Source of the DNA: a bacterium | GTDB lineage: Bacteria > RBG-13-61-14 > DATKZS01 | Reading direction: 5' to 3' | Length of the DNA: 64,000 nucleotides | Assembly (NCBI GenBank): GCA_963674965.2 | Contig: CAXXFL010000005.1 | Location: forward strand, 480,001 to 544,000 | Shown here: piece by piece, positions 57,541 through 64,000 of the stretch | Layout: each line of letters opens with the position of its first letter | Numbering within the stretch: the stretch's first letter is position 1 | Program-made: the position numbers and the translations under genes | The notes under the pieces: generated by a model | Databases searched by the model: none | What the model was told of the DNA's origin: nothing | The model's input: only the letters and a program-made list of their open reading frames with translations

Positions 57541-59670
57541 ATGAAGAACATCAACTCGATCATGAATCCGGAGTCGATCGCCGTGGTCGGCGCGACCGAC
57601 CGTCCGGGCAGCGTGGGCCTGGCGGTATGTTTCAACATTTTGAGCGCGGGTTACAAGGGGGTGCTTTATCCGGTGAACCCCAAGCGGCGCTCGGTGCTCA
57701 GCATCAAGACCTACCCGAGCTTGACCGAGGTCCCCGACAAGGTGGACATGGCGGTCATCATAGTTCCCGCTCCCATGGTTTCCGGGATAGTCGAGGAGGC
57801 CGCCGCCAAGGGCGTCCGCGGCCTGGTGGTTATCACCGCCGGGTTCAAGGAGACGGGCGGCGACGGGATCAAAATGGAAAAGGCGCTCAAGGCCCAGGCG
57901 GACGAGCACGGGATCAGGATGATCGGTCCCAATTGCCTCGGGGTCATGAACACCAACCCCGAGGTTCGCATGAACGCCAGCTTCGCCACCAAGATGCCCA
58001 AGCGGGGCCGCATAGGTTTTATCTCGCAGTCGGGCGCGCTTTGCACGGCGGTGCTGGATTTCGCCGACGGCAAGAACATGGGTTTTTCCAAGTTCATCAG
58101 CTTCGGCAACAAGGCTGACGTGAACGAGATCGACCTTCTGCGCTACCTGAAGGACGATCCTGACACGGACGTTATCGCCATGTACCTGGAGGACATCACC
58201 GATGGGAGGCAATTCATCGAGGTGGCCCGTGAGATCACCTGGGGCGCCAAGAAGCCCATGCTGGCCATCAAGAGCGGACGCTCGAAGGAGGGGGCCAAGG
58301 CGGCGGCCTCTCACACCGGGTCGTTGGCCGGATCGGACATGGCCTATGACGCCATCTTCGGCCAGAGCGGCATCATGCGGGTCGAGACCATGAACGAGCT
58401 TTTCGACTCGGCCTTAGCCTTCGCCAACCAGCCGGCGCCCAAGGGCGGCCGCATAGCCATCGTGACCAACGCGGGCGGGCCGGGCATCATCGCCACGGAC
58501 GCCACCGTCAGGTCGGGGCTCAAGCTGGCTGAGTTCCGCGATGAGACCAAGGAGAAGCTGAAAAAGCACCTTCCCGCCGCGGCCAGCGTGCACAACCCGG
58601 TGGACGTGATAGGAGACGCCGACCACATCCGCTACCAGAACGCCATCCGGACGGTGCTGGAGGACGAGTGCGTGGACGGGGCCGTGGTCATCCTGACCCC
58701 CACGGCCATGATCGACATCCTCGAGACGGCCGAGATCATGCCCCGCGTGACCGAGGGCTGCAACAAGCCGGTGCTCTGCTCCTTCATGGGGATAGTGGAC
58801 GTGTCCAAGGGCGTGGAGTTCCTCGAGGAGAACGGCATACCCAATTATTCTTTCCCCGAGTACGCGGTCAGGGCCATGTCCAACATGGTCAAGTTCGGCT
58901 GGCTCCTGGGTCTCGACCGCCGGGAGGTCCGCAGGATAGCGGCGGACAAGGACGCGGCCCAGCAGGTCATCAACAGGCGGCTGGGAGAAAACGAGAGGTA
59001 CCTGATGCCGGAGAACGAGGCCAACGAGATACTCCAGGCCTACGGTTTCCCGGTCCTTAAAAGCCGCCTTATCACCGATGAGTCGGAGGTGGAGAAGGCC
59101 GCCGACGAGGTCGGCTTCCCCGTGGCCATGAAGATATCCTCGCCCGACATAGTCCACAAGTTCGACGCGGGCGGGGTCAAGCTTAAAATCAAGTCGGTCG
59201 AGCAGGCCAAGGCGGCCTATGCCGAGATCCTGGCCAACGCCAAAAAATTCAAGCCCGACGCGGACATAAAGGGCGTGCTCATGGAAAAGATGGCGCGCGG
59301 CGGCATCGAGGTCATCCTGGGCGCCACCAGGGACCCCAAGTTCGGGCCCATATGCATGTTCGGACTGGGCGGGACCTTCGTCGAGGCCATGAAGGACGTG
59401 ACCTTCCGCCTCGCCCCCATGTGGGAGGTCAGCGCCGAGATCATGATCAACTCCATCAAGGCCTATAAAATATTGCAGGGCGTGCGGGGCATGCCGCCCT
59501 CCGACATAGCCGCCATCAAGGACTGCATTTTAAGACTCTCCCAGATGGTGAGCGACCTGCCCCAGATAGCCGAGCTCGATATCAACCCCCTCATCGTCTA
59601 CCCGGAAGGGGAGGGTTGCGTGGTGGCCGACAGCAGGGTCCTGGTGACCAAAGCCAACGGAAACGGATGA
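57541..59670 (+). CDS. ADP-forming acetate/acyl-CoA ligase, fused alpha-beta
   Basis: CoA-binding domain, GPNCLG, ASHTGSLAG, TNAGGPG, IVHKFDAGGV, ELDINP; no GNAT domain. Confidence 0.93.
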   Translation: MKNINSIMNPESIAVVGATDRPGSVGLAVCFNILSAGYKGVLYPVNPKRRSVLSIKTYPSLTEVPDKVDMAVIIVPAPMVSGIVEEAAAKGVRGLVVITAGFKETGGDGIKMEKALKAQADEHGIRMIGPNCLGVMNTNPEVRMNASFATKMPKRGRIGFISQSGALCTAVLDFADGKNMGFSKFISFGNKADVNEIDLLRYLKDDPDTDVIAMYLEDITDGRQFIEVAREITWGAKKPMLAIKSGRSKEGAKAAASHTGSLAGSDMAYDAIFGQSGIMRVETMNELFDSALAFANQPAPKGGRIAIVTNAGGPGIIATDATVRSGLKLAEFRDETKEKLKKHLPAAASVHNPVDVIGDADHIRYQNAIRTVLEDECVDGAVVILTPTAMIDILETAEIMPRVTEGCNKPVLCSFMGIVDVSKGVEFLEENGIPNYSFPEYAVRAMSNMVKFGWLLGLDRREVRRIAADKDAAQQVINRRLGENERYLMPENEANEILQAYGFPVLKSRLITDESEVEKAADEVGFPVAMKISSPDIVHKFDAGGVKLKIKSVEQAKAAYAEILANAKKFKPDADIKGVLMEKMARGGIEVILGATRDPKFGPICMFGLGGTFVEAMKDVTFRLAPMWEVSAEIMINSIKAYKILQGVRGMPPSDIAAIKDCILRLSQMVSDLPQIAELDINPLIVYPEGEGCVVADSRVLVTKANGNG

Positions 59671-59677
59671 AGCGAAA

Positions 59678-59720
59678 AAGGGCGCGGCGGCCGTCATGGC
59701 TTCCGCGCCCTTATTTTATT
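59678..59720. terminator. Probable bidirectional terminator
   Basis: AAGGGCGCGG / CCGCGCCCTT stem with A-rich and T-rich flanks between convergent genes. Confidence 0.65.
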
Positions 59721-59733
59721 ATCTCGCCGATCG

Positions 59734-60252
59734 TTAAAGCAGTCCCTTCCTCCGGGCTATCTGGCGGTAGAGCTTCTGGTACTCGATCTCGAACTCGGGG
59801 GTGTCCTCCTTGAGATGCTTGAGGCGCTCGCGCACCTCCTTGTCCACCTGCTCCTCCATGCCCAGGTGCTTGCTGAAGGCCTCGGCTATCTTTCTGCGAA
59901 GGGTCCGGTCCTCGGAATAGACCTCCTCCACCCGGTTGTTGTACATGAAGCACTCGATGATCTGGTTGGCGATCCAGTACATGGCCTTGTCGCCCGTCTC
60001 GAAGCCCCGCTCCTCCGCGATCAGACGCTTGAGCTTGCCGAACTCGGTGAAGCTGGCGCCCCGAGCCTGGATCATGTCCCGGGCCTGGGCGTTGATCTCC
60101 TCCTCCATGCGCAGGTATTCCTTGATGATGGCCTCGACGTCGAGGATGACCTCGGCCACCTCATCAGCCGCGACCTCGATGTCGCCGCCCTCGACCAGGG
60201 ACGTCACCGTGTCCTCGGCGATGAACTTTATCTTGCCTCGGTATATTTTCAT
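59734..60252 (-). CDS. DUF507 family protein
   Basis: MKIYRGKI...DIEV, VEEVYSED..LR, VRERLKHL.E...EF.IEY. Confidence 0.85.
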   Translation of the reverse strand: MKIYRGKIKFIAEDTVTSLVEGGDIEVAADEVAEVILDVEAIIKEYLRMEEEINAQARDMIQARGASFTEFGKLKRLIAEERGFETGDKAMYWIANQIIECFMYNNRVEEVYSEDRTLRRKIAEAFSKHLGMEEQVDKEVRERLKHLKEDTPEFEIEYQKLYRQIARRKGLL

Positions 60253-60520
60253 GTTTTAACGACTCGTTTTACTCGTTCCCTATACCCAAAACTACAAGAT
60301 AACTGAAGAAGGCAAACCTGTCAAACCGAAGACGGGGCTCCTGGAAAAAACTTCCAGGCGAGACGGTCTTGTCCAAGTACTCATCGCCGCCATTTTGAAC
60401 CGGCTCCTTTTCGGGCCGGCGTTACCTTGGTTTTTTCCCAAGGCTTTGGGATAATGCCAGTCAAACTGGATGGCGCCCGGAAGAAGCATCCGCTTCGGCC
60501 TCGGCGCACCCGGGTCCGGC

Positions 60521-62731
60521 ATGAAGTTACTTATTGCCATAGTATTTATCTCCTCGTTCCTTTTATTTCAGATCGAGTTGATCGTCTCGAAGGCCATGCT
60601 GCCGGGGTTCGGGGGGACTTACCTCATTTTCAGCGTGAACATGGCCTTCTTTCAGGGGGTGCTGCTGGCGGGGTATCTTTACGTCAAGACCATGGACCGC
60701 CGGCTTGGTTCCCGCGCCATGTTCCCGATCCACCTCGTCTTGTTTTTCGTCTCCCTCGCCGTTTTGCCCCTCGAGGTGGTCCGGTTCTCCCGGCCCGAGC
60801 CAAGCTCGGCCACCGTGCTTCCCATCCTGGCGCTTTTGGCCGCGACCATCGGCCCGCTTTTTTTCATGCTCTCCACCACCAGCGTCTTCACGCAAAAGGT
60901 CCTGGCCGAGTCGGACCTGCCCGAGAGCGCCAATCCCTACCCTCTTTACGCCGTGTCCAACCTGGGGGCCTTCGCGGCCCTTTTTACCTATCCTTTTTTA
61001 GTCGAGCCCCTCAGCGACCTGAGGACCCAGCTTATCGCCTGGCAGGCGGGATACCTGGTACTCACCGCTCTGCACCTGCCCCTGTGGCGGATAGCCGCTC
61101 GCGGTCCCAAGCGCCCTTCGCCGACGGCCGACGGGGGCGGAGCCACCCGCGATACGCCCGGGCGGATCGTCCAATGGTTTCTTTACGCCGCGGCCGGAAG
61201 CTCGATGTTTCTCGCCGCCACCAACCTTATCACCCTCAACCTGCCGCCCCTTCCCTTTTTCTGGGTCCTGCCCCTCGGCGTTTACCTCTTGACCCTGGCG
61301 TTGAGCTACAAGAAGAAACACTTCTATCCAGCCATCGTCGAGAAGGCCGCCTTCCTGCCCGCGGCCGCCGCGCTGGTGCTTTTCCTGTTCATCACCCAGC
61401 GGGGCGTCTTTCTCGATCTGACGTTACTTCTGGCCGCGCACCTTATCATTCTCTTTTTCGTCTGCCTGGTCGCGCATGGGGAACTGGCCCGGGCCCGGCC
61501 CGATGACCGGACCGACTTGACCGGCTATTACCTGGTCATCGCGGCGGGGGGCTTCGCCGGCGGCGCCGTGGTAAGCTGGGTCGCGCCCCTGGTCTTCAAG
61601 ACGACCTCGGAATATCTGATCGGCCCCATGGCGCTTTTCATCGCCCTGGCCCTGCAGACGCCCCGGGCCCCGGCCGGCTCGCTCGGAAAATTATCTTGGG
61701 TCGCCGCGCCTCTCGTCACCCTGGCCTCCGCCGCGGCCATCGCCTACTTTTATCCCCGCCAGGGTCTGGGACTTCCCGTCCTGGCCGCCGCCCTGGCCAT
61801 ACCCGTCGTCTTTTTCCTGGCCCGGAAAATGAGGACCGCCCTGGCCGCGTCCCTGGCGCTGACGCTCGTGGTTGCCTCGTCGGGTCCCTGGCAAAAGACG
61901 CTTTTCAACAACGGGACGCTCGAGTTCATCCAGCGCAACTATTACACCATCTACAAAATTTACGACCGGGACAACATCAGGTATCTCGAGCATGGGGTCA
62001 CCATTCACGGCGCCCAATCTCTTCGGCCGGAATTCAGGCGCGTACCCCTGGGCTACTTCCATCCCTCGACCCCGATCGGGGAGATCATGACCGACGAGGA
62101 TTTCAAGCTCGGCCGCGTCGGCATCATCGGGCTGGGGGCGGGAAGCCTGGCCGCGTACGCTCGGCCGGGCCAGGTCTACGACTTTTACGAGCTGGACCCT
62201 GACAACGGGGTGGTGGCCCAAAAGTACTTCTCCTATCTGTCCGACAGCGCGGCCAGGGTCAGCCTCATTTTCGGCGACGGCCGGCTTTCCCTGTCCCGGA
62301 GGGCCGAGGCGGCCCCCTACGATATCTTTATCATCGACGCCTTTAACAGCGACTCGATCCCGGTCCATCTCATCACCGTCGAGGCCCTCGAGGAGTACCG
62401 AGAGCGCTGCGTCCCGGGCGGCTTGATCGTCTTCCATATAACCAACGGCTACCTGGACCTTTGGAACCCCCTCGAGGCCGAGGCCCGCGAGGTGGGACTC
62501 ACGGCCATGATCAAGACCAACGCCGGAAGCGTTCACCCCGAGGCCTCCACCTGCATTTGGGCCGTCCTGACCGACGACCCCCGCAAAACGCGCCGACTTC
62601 TCGAGATGGGCTTCACCCGACTTACCGGACATCCCAATACCCGCCCGGTCAAGCCCTGGCGCGACGATTACGTCAATATCTTTTCCGCCCTCGAGCCGAG
62701 CGCCCCTCTCGCCTCCCTCTTTCAGGATTGA
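60521..62731 (+). CDS. Fused membrane domain / spermidine synthase-like protein
   Basis: FLLFQIE, NPYPLYAVSNLG, HGVTIHGAQ, IGLGAG, YELDP, GDGR, DAFNSDSIPVHLIT; start may be 60470. Confidence 0.9.
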   Translation: MKLLIAIVFISSFLLFQIELIVSKAMLPGFGGTYLIFSVNMAFFQGVLLAGYLYVKTMDRRLGSRAMFPIHLVLFFVSLAVLPLEVVRFSRPEPSSATVLPILALLAATIGPLFFMLSTTSVFTQKVLAESDLPESANPYPLYAVSNLGAFAALFTYPFLVEPLSDLRTQLIAWQAGYLVLTALHLPLWRIAARGPKRPSPTADGGGATRDTPGRIVQWFLYAAAGSSMFLAATNLITLNLPPLPFFWVLPLGVYLLTLALSYKKKHFYPAIVEKAAFLPAAAALVLFLFITQRGVFLDLTLLLAAHLIILFFVCLVAHGELARARPDDRTDLTGYYLVIAAGGFAGGAVVSWVAPLVFKTTSEYLIGPMALFIALALQTPRAPAGSLGKLSWVAAPLVTLASAAAIAYFYPRQGLGLPVLAAALAIPVVFFLARKMRTALAASLALTLVVASSGPWQKTLFNNGTLEFIQRNYYTIYKIYDRDNIRYLEHGVTIHGAQSLRPEFRRVPLGYFHPSTPIGEIMTDEDFKLGRVGIIGLGAGSLAAYARPGQVYDFYELDPDNGVVAQKYFSYLSDSAARVSLIFGDGRLSLSRRAEAAPYDIFIIDAFNSDSIPVHLITVEALEEYRERCVPGGLIVFHITNGYLDLWNPLEAEAREVGLTAMIKTNAGSVHPEASTCIWAVLTDDPRKTRRLLEMGFTRLTGHPNTRPVKPWRDDYVNIFSALEPSAPLASLFQD

Positions 62732-62800
62732 CCGGCCGGGACGCGCCACCCAGCCGGCGCTATATGCAATATCGTCGCGGACGAATTATTCCGTAGATTG

Positions 62801-62992
62801 TTATTTCCCTAAATACGCTTCTAAGATGGTCTTTATCAACGTATATGGAGATAAAACATATCGGCGTTTATATTCTTTAAGCGACACGTGACGTACGGTC
62901 CCGTTTGGCTTGGAGCCTCTATATAAGGGGTCTTCATCCGAGGGATATATTATAATGATAACGTCATCCGATATATATCTCCTCAGCCTCAT
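62801..62992 (-). CDS. Low-GC small hypothetical ORF
   Basis: 63 aa from ATG 62992; no recognisable motif. Confidence 0.35.
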   Translation of the reverse strand: MRLRRYISDDVIIIIYPSDEDPLYRGSKPNGTVRHVSLKEYKRRYVLSPYTLIKTILEAYLGK

Positions 62993-63100
62993 TTCATAAT
63001 CGGGCGAACCATATTTTCCTTTTGTTCCCGTTTTTGTCAATTAAGGCTCTTGTATAGACGGCCACGTCCTTTCTCAATCTTATCGGCTTTTGTTTTTCGT

Positions 63101-63346
63101 CTATATACCAGACCTCAATGTCCCGAAGGCCGTTACAGCGTCATCCATGCGCCGTCCCGATTCCGGATAAGCTTCAATCTCGGAGAAATATTTGACTTGG
63201 GCCGCGAATATAGCGCCCAAATATTTTCCCGTTCCATACTCTACGGGCTTGGGACTACCCGCCTTGGATATTTCCTGATAAACAAGTAACGCGCCGCAAA
63301 CCGACCCGGCGGCCAAGCCGAGCAAAAACCAGCGCGCCTTCTTCAT
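63101..63346 (-). CDS. Small TM protein with pilin-like segment (possibly frameshifted pseudogene)
   Basis: MKKARWFLLG TM; LGAIFAAQVKYFSE..AY. Confidence 0.55.
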   Translation of the reverse strand: MKKARWFLLGLAAGSVCGALLVYQEISKAGSPKPVEYGTGKYLGAIFAAQVKYFSEIEAYPESGRRMDDAVTAFGTLRSGI

Positions 63347-63350
63347 CAAC

Positions 63351-63572
63351 TTAGTCGCTTGAATAAGTCGTGTCGCCATGGAACCGGCCAGACTCGGGAT
63401 AATCGTTGTTTTCGCCGAAATAGTTCACGTCGGTTACGGTGAATCCCGGAGGTCCCAATTTATCGGCTCCGCAGGCCGCAGAGGACTGATGGTTTAAAAA
63501 AAGCCACAAGGCGGCCACGCCGCAAGCCTCCCCGATGCCCACGCCCAGCAAAAACCAGTGTTTCCTTTTCAT
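63351..63572 (-). CDS. Small TM protein, paralog of 63101-63346
   Basis: MKRKHWFLLG...CG...VNYFGENNDYPESGR. Confidence 0.55.
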   Translation of the reverse strand: MKRKHWFLLGVGIGEACGVAALWLFLNHQSSAACGADKLGPPGFTVTDVNYFGENNDYPESGRFHGDTTYSSD

Positions 63573-63588
63573 TTCTTCCCCATTTCGA

Positions 63589-63696
63589 TCAGACAGGCAT
63601 TATTTCCCATAATACGATTATTCCCACGGACCCGATCACGCCGAAAATGAAACCCACCACCAATCCGCCGGCAAAACTGAGGACCTTCCATGCCAT
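63589..63696 (-). CDS. 35-aa single-TM peptide (absent from ORF track)
   Basis: MAWKVLSFAGGLVVGFIFGVIGSVGIIVLWEIMPV, GAGG RBS upstream. Confidence 0.5.
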   Translation of the reverse strand: MAWKVLSFAGGLVVGFIFGVIGSVGIIVLWEIMPV

Positions 63697-64000
63697 CTTC
63701 CTCGTCCTTTCTTGTCAAGACTTTCCGAGATTCACTTACAAAAGCGGCGCCAGGCGGCGCGGAAATCTCCATCCGTCCGACTTCATTGGAAATTTTCATC
63801 CGCCTGATCCGGGGATCGCGGTCAATAGCAATGTAGAAAGCGTCCCGGGTGAGGAGAAAATTATATAGGTGGGCCGAAAGGGTAATAAGGGCTGGGTCTT
63901 TCAGGGTTCAATATTTGGCGACAATGATCGGTATATGCGGAAGGGCGGGCTGAATTTCCTCCATGCCGGAAGGCGGGAAACGGGTAGCGGCCAGCCGGAA

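Noticed and set aside
57541-59670. Protein lysine acetyltransferase (Pat/PatZ)
   Set aside because: No GNAT domain, and both catalytic His motifs of the ligase are present
60310-60345. GGCAAACC... resembling the start of a c-di-GMP-I riboswitch
   Set aside because: The GAAA tetraloop stem and downstream GACGCAAAGC-type elements are absent

Overview
GC-rich bacterial chromosomal window. Gene content (DUF507, PilZ, Cys-rich DUF4215-type repeats, a sigma-54 system, ADP-forming acyl-CoA ligase) suggests a deltaproteobacterial-type lineage; that assignment is an inference. It holds about 45 CDS: metabolic and transport genes, an ODP / binding protein / chemoreceptor cluster, a four-gene trans-envelope signalling operon followed by a clear sigma-54 promoter, an 852-aa surface protein, and a 4048-aa secreted protein containing a caspase/legumain-type peptidase domain and a dockerin-like tail. 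The most striking non-coding feature is a ~186-bp non-autonomous mobile element in six copies. It has 19-20-bp terminal inverted repeats and copy-specific 4-5-bp target duplications, and it encloses an inverted pair of REP-like palindromes. Also present are a complete ISNCY/IS5-like IS, an IS630-like remnant, a low-GC island with a HEPN-like candidate defence gene, and a tandem of tiny pilin-like paralogs at the right edge. I saw no rRNA, tRNA or CRISPR array. All family assignments are by-eye motif recognition, not database searches.
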